Source: Tagaea sp. (GTDB lineage: Bacteria; Pseudomonadota; Alphaproteobacteria; CACIAM-22H2). From it: a stretch of 64,000 bases of DNA. Location: the NCBI GenBank assembly GCA_965279525.1, contig CBDIIB010000005.1:352001-416000 (forward strand), in the 5' to 3' direction. A program made the translations under genes and the position numbers. Shown here in pieces: positions 1 to 8,358 of this stretch; the stretch's first letter is position 1, and every line of letters starts with the position of its first letter. The notes beneath the pieces are model-generated. The model saw nothing but the letters and a program-made list of their open reading frames with translations, searched no databases and was not told the DNA's origin.

Positions 1-25
1 AGATGCGTATCTCGATCAGGGTGGA

Positions 26-706
26 TTGCTTACTCGCAGAGGACCATCGATCATCCGCGACGTACGGCCGGTCACTTCTGCTCTTCCAACCAGTATTCTG
101 AAGCCTCACGATGGTGATCAGTTCTTTCAGTCTTATACATTGCGGCCGACTACGCTGCCCCGCACTAGTGGCCGGCTAACAGTAGGGTTCTCGGCCGATC
201 AATTCTCAGATGATGCAGTAGGCGAAGTATGGGAGGGGACGAATCCTGCATCTATCGGGCGGTTGCGCGAACGGCAACTTGCATCCGCATTATTGGGGGA
301 GGATTTCCCCGCACCATTCCCCAGCGAACTTGCCTATGTGCAGGCAAAAAAAGAGGGTAAAGCGCTTACTTCGTATCTAGTAATGGAGGATGGACGCACA
401 ATCATTACGGGAAAATTCGAATCAGTTGAGAACACTACTGAAAATGTAGCTGCTATAAATCCGTCCGCCAATCCGGTGGGATATTTGCAGGACCTGCGCT
501 CACGGGCACTGTCATTCGTTGACTTAAATTGCCCTCTAAGCGGCAAGGTCACATTCTGCGAGCGTCGAATGCTCGGCCCCGATATGACTGAATGGATGGT
601 TTCCTGGGCGGCAGATATGAACGGAGCGCCGGTGGCGCTGGAGCTACTGCACGAGCGGCGGTTTTCGGGCCTCGGTAGCACGGTCAATGTTGTCTTTGGC
701 GAGTAG
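26..706 (+). CDS. Hypothetical protein (true start may lie upstream of the window)
   Basis: 226-aa ORF whose stop overlaps the start of the next gene. No recognisable motif. Confidence 0.6.
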   Translation: MLTRRGPSIIRDVRPVTSALPTSILKPHDGDQFFQSYTLRPTTLPRTSGRLTVGFSADQFSDDAVGEVWEGTNPASIGRLRERQLASALLGEDFPAPFPSELAYVQAKKEGKALTSYLVMEDGRTIITGKFESVENTTENVAAINPSANPVGYLQDLRSRALSFVDLNCPLSGKVTFCERRMLGPDMTEWMVSWAADMNGAPVALELLHERRFSGLGSTVNVVFGE

Positions 707-2636
707 CCGCCGAAGCGCCGCCTTCGCGGCGGTTGCGTCCGCCGCAGCGCATGCCTTTCCATTGGCCGCGCCATGGAGTCTGGTACTCCTTTTAGTGCCA
801 TTTAGTGTTGGCCTGTTTGTTTTACGTAAGAGATCGAATCGCATCATTTGGCTGGTTCTTTGCACAAGCATTGCTGGCGCTGTTCTTGCCGGTATAGCTC
901 CGGCACCAATTGCCATTGCATCTCTCTCCTTCACAGTATTGATATTTGTTGGCGCAGCTAGCGTCGGAGCTGCGCTGCTACTACTCAACATGTCTGTGAT
1001 TGGTAGTGCTGAGATGATGCTCGCACAGACGCTTGATATGATCGGACTAGAAGCAGCTGCGCCAGCAATGTTGACAACGGCAGTCTTGGTGATCGCTCGA
1101 CCCTCCGCTATTTCCGCTGGGGTTTGTTTAGCGGCAGTCTCCGCAATAGCTGCTCTTGTTGCTGACAAAATCGCCTCTCACCCGTATGCATTAATGATCG
1201 CCGCAGCAGTTCCGGCCACCATCTTTTCTGTTGTCGTATGTTTTGTTTCCGAGTCTTCACCAAGAGCCCGCTCTCTCGTGTTTATTGCCATTGCTTTCGG
1301 CTTGCTACTGCCTTGGGCAGCTACTCCCCCGAGATCGTGGGGCGAGATATTTGTTCTATTGCCAGATGCATCGGACACATACGAGGCACAGTTCTTTAAG
1401 AACTATACCGACGCCCTCAGATTTGCAGGCATACGAGCGGAGAGGGTTACTCGACTAAACGACATACCATCAAGATCATTGGTACTCATGCCGTGGACAT
1501 CCGCAGATTTTAAATCTGCGGATGACAACGAGATGCTCAAAAGCATAGGGCAGCTAGCTCAAGGTCATCAATGGACCGTTATCGTAGGCGGGGAGCATAC
1601 CAACTTGGGCGGTGCGGCGGACCGGATAGAAGCCATGAGCGGAAAGCCTTTTCTGCGCCGAGACCTCACAGTGCCGCCGTACAATACTGATGACTCTGGT
1701 CCTTTACACGTCTCTGATCTTCGTGAGTGGCCGCATGGAAGTATTTTGAATCGCGGCGCAAGCGTCGAAATAATGTCGCTTCTCGATAAAGTGCTGTTAG
1801 CCGGAGACGGATGGTGGGCAGAGCCCGACTTGGGCGAATGGCTGTGGGTCGGTGACTATATTTGGCGTTCAGGAGAGCGCGCCGGCCGAATGGCCTTGGC
1901 AATCGCTTCAGATTCAGGCGGTGCCCGCTGGATCATTGTTGGCGACAATAGCTTTTTCCTAAGTAACCAAATTTACGCTGATCCACGTACTTTGCTTCGA
2001 TTGATTGAACTCGCCTCGCTTTGGCCTGCTCTTGTTAAAGACATTGCGATTGGATTTCTCGCTATAGCAGGTTGCTTGCTTATGCTTGCTCACGTCACGT
2101 TAGCCGAAGCTAGCATCACGATGTCTTCCGTCTTTTTTGTAGTTTCTGGCATCTATATATTTCTATTTCCAACACCAGAGAGCAGTAGGTGGAGGGATAC
2201 ATACGTTGACCAAATTGGATTTGATGAAAGAAATTTCAACCTGGCATTCACGGAGAGCCCGCTACTTACAAACAGTAGGCGCCTGATGCGATTGAAGGGT
2301 TCATTCACCGGTGAATTTGAAGTTCCTCACGGAAACGCAATTATCTTTTTGCACGTTGATGGAACGATGACGGCTGGCAAAGCACGACTTACTAACTGCC
2401 GCCGGCTAGGTGCGCTTGCGCTTGAAGAAGGGCCGTACCTGATGGACGCCCAAGCCTGCCGCGTTACAGGTGCGGATAGAATTTTGATTGGTACTCCAGA
2501 AGCTGCTGTCGCATTTTCGATTCAATACGGATTGTCTGAAGCAATTTTTATTCTGGACACCGTCTTTCTAGGGCAAAAGGCGCCATCGAGTAATGCGGAT
2601 TGGTTGATTCGGGAGATGGCGATTGAGAAACGATAA
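687..2636 (+). CDS. Multi-pass membrane protein with a soluble alpha/beta domain (DUF4350/class I glutamine amidotransferase-like, tentative)
   Basis: 649-aa ORF with several N-terminal hydrophobic segments, a soluble region containing TVIVGGEHTN and WIIVGDNSFF, two more TM segments and a C-terminal soluble domain. Confidence 0.65.
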   Translation: MLSLASSRRSAAFAAVASAAAHAFPLAAPWSLVLLLVPFSVGLFVLRKRSNRIIWLVLCTSIAGAVLAGIAPAPIAIASLSFTVLIFVGAASVGAALLLLNMSVIGSAEMMLAQTLDMIGLEAAAPAMLTTAVLVIARPSAISAGVCLAAVSAIAALVADKIASHPYALMIAAAVPATIFSVVVCFVSESSPRARSLVFIAIAFGLLLPWAATPPRSWGEIFVLLPDASDTYEAQFFKNYTDALRFAGIRAERVTRLNDIPSRSLVLMPWTSADFKSADDNEMLKSIGQLAQGHQWTVIVGGEHTNLGGAADRIEAMSGKPFLRRDLTVPPYNTDDSGPLHVSDLREWPHGSILNRGASVEIMSLLDKVLLAGDGWWAEPDLGEWLWVGDYIWRSGERAGRMALAIASDSGGARWIIVGDNSFFLSNQIYADPRTLLRLIELASLWPALVKDIAIGFLAIAGCLLMLAHVTLAEASITMSSVFFVVSGIYIFLFPTPESSRWRDTYVDQIGFDERNFNLAFTESPLLTNSRRLMRLKGSFTGEFEVPHGNAIIFLHVDGTMTAGKARLTNCRRLGALALEEGPYLMDAQACRVTGADRILIGTPEAAVAFSIQYGLSEAIFILDTVFLGQKAPSSNADWLIREMAIEKR

Positions 2637-2646
2637 ATCGCCTACG

Positions 2647-3063
2647 ATGATTGGACTACTGCCAGGTGGCGTGCCTCAACGGGAACCGTACCCTTCGGAA
2701 GACGTGTTTTTTAAAAGAAATATGCACATCTCAGGATTGGCAGCCGAAGATAATTCGGTTGTTCTAAACCCGTACAGCAATCTCTCTCCGACAGAGCGTC
2801 GCTGCGTTGCACTTAACGAAGCCGCCAGAGTTGTTATGCGGCGAGACCCTGAGTTGCAGCCCATATTCGATCTCACACCCGAACAGCTTGCTTCCTTCCA
2901 GAGCTACGGTCCCTTAGATAGCGTCAGAGCTACCGTAGCAGCGCGAATTCTTTCAGGTGATCCTAGTGCGTTGAGACCGACCGTCGACCAAACTAAGTTT
3001 GTGAAGAAACTCGCCACCGCGATGGGCCTCAAGAAGCGTAAGGCGGCCCCTTCCCCTGGCTAG
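2647..3063 (+). CDS. Hypothetical phage-like protein
   Basis: ATG at 2647, in frame with ORF 2623..3063. The segment REPYPSE..FFK...GLAAED..V.LNPYS.LS..E...VA.NEAAR resembles small uncharacterised phage proteins (recalled, not searched). Confidence 0.65.
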   Translation: MIGLLPGGVPQREPYPSEDVFFKRNMHISGLAAEDNSVVLNPYSNLSPTERRCVALNEAARVVMRRDPELQPIFDLTPEQLASFQSYGPLDSVRATVAARILSGDPSALRPTVDQTKFVKKLATAMGLKKRKAAPSPG

Positions 3064-3131
3064 TAACACGGGGGGGTTCAAAATGAACTTTCTTTGGTTC
3101 TATTTGGCGCGGGGGTCCTATAGACCCACAC

Positions 3132-3385
3132 TGTCCGTCGTCAGAATAATCGGGACGTTTTGAGGCGGCTGTTAACGGAGGCTTCGGCGCATCTGCGTTG
3201 GCAGTATTGGCGGTCGCTTGCCGATGCCAGCAAGCGGCGGTGCTCGATGGTTCTGCGCTTGATCGTCTCCCTCCTTTCCAGAATGGCCTGCCCACGTTCG
3301 GTATAGACGTTGGCCCGCGCGAGGATACTGAGGCGCTCGTGGTATCGGCAGTAGTTGTAGTGATCGACGAAGCTGCCGATGCTCG
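3132..3385 (-). pseudogene. IS3-family transposase 3' remnant with right terminal inverted repeat
   Basis: Minus-strand peptide FVDHYNYCRYHERLSILARANVYTERGQAILERRETIKRRT matches an IS3-type rve C-terminus. Terminal sequence TGTCCGTCGTCAGAATAAT starts at 3132. Confidence 0.75.
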
Positions 3386-3397
3386 CGTAGTGAAGAG

Positions 3398-3631
3398 TCA
3401 CTTCGCAGCAGTTGCCCTGAAACGCCCCCCAGTCAGAGCGGCGCGTAACTCTTTCTGGAACCGCCCCTGTATCTGAATCGTACCCTTCTTGGGCCACCAG
3501 TTGAGTATTTGCCCAAGGTCAGTCGTGAACGTCGCCCGCCCATCCTGGCCGCCCAAAGCCCAAGTACCGACGATACCGAGCCGAGTGATCTCATTGCGTA
3601 GCTCACTGATGGTTCCTACGAATGGCTCCAT
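3398..3631 (-). CDS. Small hypothetical protein
   Basis: 77-aa ORF with AGAAGGA upstream. The GQILNWWPKKGTIQIQG motif resembles the N-terminal domain of TIR-like predicted nucleotide-binding proteins. Confidence 0.6.
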   Translation of the reverse strand: MEPFVGTISELRNEITRLGIVGTWALGGQDGRATFTTDLGQILNWWPKKGTIQIQGRFQKELRAALTGGRFRATAAK

Positions 3632-4086
3632 TCGATGTGATCCTTCTCTGTTGACGGTCGGCTAGGCCCCGTTGCCATGCCATTCGAGTCAGGAGAGTCG
3701 CCACACACTGGCAACCACCCTCTTGGTACCTACCTAGCCAGATTGGAACGGCCGACTCAGTGACTCTCTAATGGCGATTGAGGCCCTATGGACTTGGGCT
3801 TTCTAGGACCCCCGTGGGGGATATGCCTTGCCTCGTGTGCCTGCCTTATTGGCAGATCAGAAGGGGCATCTCCTGTTAAGGCCTTGATACTGAGTCATTG
3901 TCCGTAACAGTGACCATCGAATCCAGTAACTGATCTTAGTTATAGTTATTACTATTATTCTTCTCGCAAAAAGGGCCGTAATTTCCCTCGGATCTAGGCG
4001 GTCTCTCCCTTTCTATCTTCCAAATTCATCCCTACAGCACCCTTACAATGGGGTAGTGCGCTTCCAACCGTGGGCGAAGCCCACAG

Positions 4087-5532
4087 TCACACCAACTCCT
4101 TCCGATAGGCCCCCCGAAGGGGGTAATCATTCTTTCCATCCGAGATCATAAACAGACTGGCATCCATAAGATTGGATCCATCGATCATCTGCTTACCGTC
4201 ACGATCTGTGATCTTCAGGCTAATCAGTACCCCGAATCGTTCCTGGAACACTTGGACCATGACCCTCTGAAGCTCCTCAGAACGCTCCTCCGCAATGATG
4301 AAGCTGTCGTGGACCGGGAGTACGGGGATCCCTTCGTCTGCGAAGTGCAGCATGACCGTCTCTGCGAGCTGGCTCTCCCAGAACTGCATGGTCTTGCCTA
4401 CGCCCGTATGGAACAGGTCGCTCAGCGGAGCGAAGTGCAATTTGACCCTCTCGACGAACTCGCCCCGTGTGACGCCGAGTACTGTCTCGTCATAACCCTC
4501 TTCCAGGTCGAAGCTCTTGAGATGAGGTTGACGAACCCATCCCCTCTTATCGTTGATCAGGGCATTGAAGGTCTTCTTCACCCATATCCGAACGATTGGC
4601 GGGGCATCCGGGAACGCGTCGTACACATCGGCAGGAATTGGCATGCTCCGGGATGCGTAGAGCATGCTCGGGTGTAGGCCGACATAGTCCACTTCGACCG
4701 TCTGATACCCATCGATGGTCAGATATGGTCGGTACTCCTTAGGCATGTTCTGCCATGAGGATTGGAAGAATCGACCACCGCGCTGGAAGCTTGCATCGTT
4801 GAACTTGCGCACAAGAGTTCGCTTGCGTGGATCGAATGGTCGACGGAGCTTCGTGCCTATCATGCGCCGGTTGAGATCGATCAAATCGCCGGGCAAGAGA
4901 TCCATTGCAATCTTGGAGTCTCGGAGTACCGCGTTGATGGTCCCAATATTCGCCCGCTTCGCCTCTGTTTCAGGCGTCGGATCGAACTGGATCGGTTTCT
5001 TCATCGCGTCCCGAAGCTCGATATCCGCGTGCCAGTGGTCAACGTGCTCGATCTCATCTGGGGAGAAATCGGGAATTGCTACGATCCGCTCGATCAGGCT
5101 CGGCGTAGCTCGTATCTTCGTGTTGAAGTACATCGCGGCACTCGGCGCATACAATCCTTTCTTGGCAATCTCGATAAGCCCGGCAGTCCGCAGTCCTTCG
5201 TACGCTTGGATCATCGGGCGATAGGTTATCCCTCGCTGGGCATATCGACTGGTTGCCGCATATTTGCTCCGATTGAGATCGATGCCGACGGTGCACCCGG
5301 GCAGATTTTCATGCGCAAGAATCAGGTTCAGAAGGAGAGCGCGAAGAGCTGCAGTAAGGCGTTCAAGCTCCATCTTGGAGCGCTTGCGACGACCCGAAGC
5401 CGTGTCAATCTCAGTGGCGATCTGTGAGACGAGGACATCGAAGCCCTCGTTCTCAATCACGTAGCTGGGGTCAATCGGAACAGAAAGTATTTGGGACGGG
5501 CTGACTGCATCACTCAAGTTGCGATCCTTCAT
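4087..5532 (-). CDS. Divergent family-A (PolA/T7 superfamily, TV-Pol-like) polymerase lacking exonuclease domains
   Basis: Motifs in PolA order: GGRFF..WQNMP, motif A VEVDYVGLH, motif B RIWVKKTFNALIN, QFWES and motif C LPVHDSFI. Confidence 0.75.
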   Translation of the reverse strand: MKDRNLSDAVSPSQILSVPIDPSYVIENEGFDVLVSQIATEIDTASGRRKRSKMELERLTAALRALLLNLILAHENLPGCTVGIDLNRSKYAATSRYAQRGITYRPMIQAYEGLRTAGLIEIAKKGLYAPSAAMYFNTKIRATPSLIERIVAIPDFSPDEIEHVDHWHADIELRDAMKKPIQFDPTPETEAKRANIGTINAVLRDSKIAMDLLPGDLIDLNRRMIGTKLRRPFDPRKRTLVRKFNDASFQRGGRFFQSSWQNMPKEYRPYLTIDGYQTVEVDYVGLHPSMLYASRSMPIPADVYDAFPDAPPIVRIWVKKTFNALINDKRGWVRQPHLKSFDLEEGYDETVLGVTRGEFVERVKLHFAPLSDLFHTGVGKTMQFWESQLAETVMLHFADEGIPVLPVHDSFIIAEERSEELQRVMVQVFQERFGVLISLKITDRDGKQMIDGSNLMDASLFMISDGKNDYPLRGAYRKELV

Positions 5533-5770
5533 GGCAGCAAAGGACGCAAGGGGCGTCGTCGCCCAACGACGTCCTTAGATTCTGAGATGAGATTGACTTG
5601 AGGCAGTGGCAAGACCGAGTCTTCGCGTGCTGCCTACATATTACTTGGGCATCACGCGGAGACTTTTCAAGTGAGTGACGATGAATTTCTCACATCGCAG
5701 TTTCACCCGCCCCTGTCTTTGGCAGTGAAGCTCGAAGGGACTTGGAAATCCCCGTTGAGGCTAGGCCCTT

Positions 5771-6793
5771 TCAGGGAACTGCATCCGGTGGTGACAGCAG
5801 TACCGGGCCAGATTCGGTAGCAACTTGCTTGGCCGATAGGCATGCGAGCTTCTTCGCAACATCTTCAGGCCGAAGATGCGTGTAGCGAAACAGCATGCGC
5901 GGATCCCGGTGCCCGGAGATCAGGGCGACTTCGGGGATGCTCAACCCGGCTTCGAAGAACCGGCTAACAGCCTCGTGGCGCAGGTCGTGAAAATGTAGAT
6001 CCTCGATCCCAGCTCGACGCACTGCGCGATACCACCTCATTTGGATTGCCCTCGGACTCCACTCGAATATGCGATGCCCCTCTCTGCACGGAAGGCTCTG
6101 AAGGATAGCTACGGCAACAGGAGTAAGCGGGATAGTTCGAGGGTAACCGTTCTTGGCTTCCCTAACGACGAGGAGACTAGAGGCTAGATCAATATCGGTC
6201 GGCTCAAGTCGGACAAGCTCGCCCCTTCGCAGGCCGGTCTCCAGCGCGAACAAGACAAGGCCATGGAACTTGGGATCGAGGGCCGCCAGCAATAGCCGCA
6301 TTTCCCCAGGCGCTATTCGCCGTGTCCGATGCCTGCCTGCCGCAGGCTTGCGAACCTGAATGAGGGCATCCGCCATCGGCATCGACCATTCGCGATGGGC
6401 ATACCGCAGAATTGTCTGCAGCAAACCAAGCTCCCGCCGGACAGTCTCGGTCGAACACGCAGCTAGGCGGCGATCACGATATTGGGCAAGGCAGGAGGCC
6501 GGAATCTGATGCATGGGAAGATGCATCCATTTTTCTCGCAGCATGACCGCGAGTAGCCCCACGCAATTCTCTTCGCGCCGCATCGAGACGGCAACTTCGG
6601 TTCGATAGCGTTCGACTACGTCGATCAAGGGTGGGGCAGTCAGAACCAAGGCCTCCCCGAGGTCGACCCGACGCTCGTGGAGCCGCGCCCATTGCTGGGC
6701 ATCCTGACGTGTTGAAAAGGTCTTGCTGAGCTTGTGTCCTGCGCGACGGACCTGAACCTGGTACATCGAGCCGCGACGACGAATGGTAGCCAT
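5771..6793 (-). CDS. Site-specific tyrosine integrase (Rci/HP1-like)
   Basis: N-terminal arm domain MATIRRRG..YQVQVRR. Catalytic motifs ETGLRRGE, K, FHDLRH and SGH...MLFRY. ATG at 6793. Confidence 0.92.
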   Translation of the reverse strand: MATIRRRGSMYQVQVRRAGHKLSKTFSTRQDAQQWARLHERRVDLGEALVLTAPPLIDVVERYRTEVAVSMRREENCVGLLAVMLREKWMHLPMHQIPASCLAQYRDRRLAACSTETVRRELGLLQTILRYAHREWSMPMADALIQVRKPAAGRHRTRRIAPGEMRLLLAALDPKFHGLVLFALETGLRRGELVRLEPTDIDLASSLLVVREAKNGYPRTIPLTPVAVAILQSLPCREGHRIFEWSPRAIQMRWYRAVRRAGIEDLHFHDLRHEAVSRFFEAGLSIPEVALISGHRDPRMLFRYTHLRPEDVAKKLACLSAKQVATESGPVLLSPPDAVP

Positions 6794-6795
6794 GC

Positions 6796-6823
6796 TGTGA
6801 CACCCGTGTGACACGCGTGACCA
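6796..6823. repeat. Short direct repeats TGTGACAC x2 plus GTGACCA; likely integrase arm-binding sites
   Basis: TGTGACAC at 6796 and 6807 and GTGACCA at 6817, lying between the integrase start and the island junction. Confidence 0.55.
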
Positions 6824-6845
6824 GCAACCGGGCTAACCCTTTGAC

Positions 6846-6927
6846 AAAAAGAAAGGGCCGCGCCCGAAGGCACGGCCCAAGTTTAGGGAGGAAACGCCCA
6901 CGAAACGGCCCGGAGGCCATTTCGAGC
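6846..6927 (-). ncRNA. suhB: suhB/MmgR (alpha-r8)-family small RNA
   Basis: Minus strand reads: hairpin CGAAATGGCC-TCCG-GGCCGTTTCG, conserved core GGGCGTTTCCTCCCTAAACTT, then terminator GGGCCGTGCC-TTCG-GGCGCGGCCC followed by TTTCTTTTT. The 5' end is approximate. Confidence 0.85.
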
Positions 6928-6940
6928 TGCGACAAATCAA

Positions 6941-7103
6941 TGTCGCACTGCACAATTTAATTGTTGCGGCGCAAAAATCAAGGGCAATTATGCGGTGACC
7001 ATCTGAAATCTCATGATTAATTTGTAGTACTTCGATTATCCACCTGATTTATTTGTGCTATTCGAGGCCCTCTCAGACCCCCTCCCTTGCCGCAATGCAG
7101 CAT
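6941..7103. promoter_or_regulatory. Three PhaR/AniA-like boxes between the sRNA and mlaE
   Basis: TGTCGCACTGCACAA (6941), TTGTTGCGGCGCAAAA (6961) and TTGCCGCAATGCAGCAT (~7087-7103) resemble the TGC-rich PhaR/AniA motif known upstream of mmgR. Confidence 0.55.
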
Positions 7104-7203
7104 ACAGAAATACGAATGTAGAGGATCAGCGACGCTCCAAGGGACGGCTTGCCCTTGCTGCGGCCCGGCTTCAAGAATGGGTGGACGCATGGAGTCGGGA
7201 CGG

Positions 7204-8358
7204 ATGGACGGGGACCGCACACAGCGCGGCGATGCCGGCTGGGCGCGCAGCCGCTTGGAAGGGTCCGCCGCCGTCGTGGCGCTCGGCGGGCGCTGGACAC
7301 TTGCGCACGCGCGCACGCTCGAGGAAACGCTCGGCCGCATCGACACGAAAGGTGCGGCGGCGCTGCGCATCGACTTTTCCGATGTCGCGGCGATCGACAC
7401 CGGCGGTGCATGGCTGCTGCACCGGCAAATCCTGCGCTGGCAGGAAGCCGGCGGCGAGATCGAGCTTGTCCGCGCGAACCATGCCCAGACCGCCCTGCTC
7501 GAGCGCATGTCGATCGAGAACGAGGTCCGCATGTCGCTGGCACGCCCCGGCGAAGGGGCGATGCGCGAACTCGTCATCCGGACCGGCGAGGCGACGGTCG
7601 ATATGGCGCGCGAGGCCCATGCGCTGCTGTCGTTCGTCGGCGCCGTCTTCTCGGCGTGGGGCCGCGCCTGGCGCAGGCCCGGCCGCATCCGCCTGACGAG
7701 TACCGTCTTCCACATCGAGCGCATCGGCATCGACGCACTGCCGATCATGGGGCTGCTGGCATACCTGATCGGCGTCGTTCTCGCGTTCCAGGGCGCCGAC
7801 CAGCTTCGCCAGTACGGCGCGGAAGTTTTCACGATCAACCTGCTGGGCGTGTCGATCCTGCGCGAGATCGGCGTGCTGATCACCGCGATCATGGTCGCCG
7901 GGCGCACGGGCAGCGCCTTCGCCGCCGAGATCGGGACGATGAAGGTGAACCAGGAAGTCGACGCCATGCGCACGATCGGCCTCGATCCGATGGAAACGCT
8001 CGTCATGCCGCGCCTGTTCGCGCTGGCGATCGCCCTGCCGCTTCTGGTTTTCTTCGCCAACGCGATGGCGCTTGCCGGCGGTGCCACGATGGTCATCGTC
8101 GGGCTCGACCTGTCGCTGCCGCAGTTCTTCGAACAGCTTGCCGCAGCGGTCACGTTTTCCACGTTCCTCGTCGGCATGATCAAGGCGCCGGTCTTTGCGG
8201 TGCTGATCGGCATGGTCGCATGCTACGAAGGACTGAAGGTTTCAGGATCGGCCGAAAGCGTGGGCATCCACACCACGCGTTCGGTCGTCAAATCGATCTT
8301 CCTGGTCATCCTGTTCGACGCCGCCTTCTCGATCTTTTTCTCGCAGATCGGCCTATGA
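7204..8358 (+). CDS. mlaE: MlaE-family ABC permease with N-terminal STAS domain
   Basis: Motifs ILREIGVLITAIMVAGRTGSAFAAEIGTMKVNQEVDAM and IDTGGA (STAS). Start uncertain (7189 or 7204). Confidence 0.9.
   Translation: MDGDRTQRGDAGWARSRLEGSAAVVALGGRWTLAHARTLEETLGRIDTKGAAALRIDFSDVAAIDTGGAWLLHRQILRWQEAGGEIELVRANHAQTALLERMSIENEVRMSLARPGEGAMRELVIRTGEATVDMAREAHALLSFVGAVFSAWGRAWRRPGRIRLTSTVFHIERIGIDALPIMGLLAYLIGVVLAFQGADQLRQYGAEVFTINLLGVSILREIGVLITAIMVAGRTGSAFAAEIGTMKVNQEVDAMRTIGLDPMETLVMPRLFALAIALPLLVFFANAMALAGGATMVIVGLDLSLPQFFEQLAAAVTFSTFLVGMIKAPVFAVLIGMVACYEGLKVSGSAESVGIHTTRSVVKSIFLVILFDAAFSIFFSQIGL

Larger units (their letters stand above)
1..6850. mobile_element. Right end of an integrative element / genomic island (left end lies outside the window)
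   Basis: Visibly lower GC and different codon usage than the rest of the window, with an abrupt switch near 6.85-7.2 kb. Tyrosine integrase at the boundary, IS scar, orphan cargo genes, and junction at an sRNA 3' end. Confidence 0.85.

Noticed and set aside
3141-3497. 118-aa ORF as an intact gene
   Set aside because: It is a chimera: its N-terminus is an alternative frame of the 3398-3631 gene and its C-terminus is the IS3 remnant.
4087-5532. Reverse transcriptase / retron interpretation of the polymerase-like gene
   Set aside because: No YxDD or QG motifs in RT order; the motifs follow the family-A pattern ending in HD.
1-6845. Second att copy delimiting the island inside the window
   Set aside because: I found no repeat of the sRNA 3' sequence in 1-6845; the other end probably lies upstream of the window.
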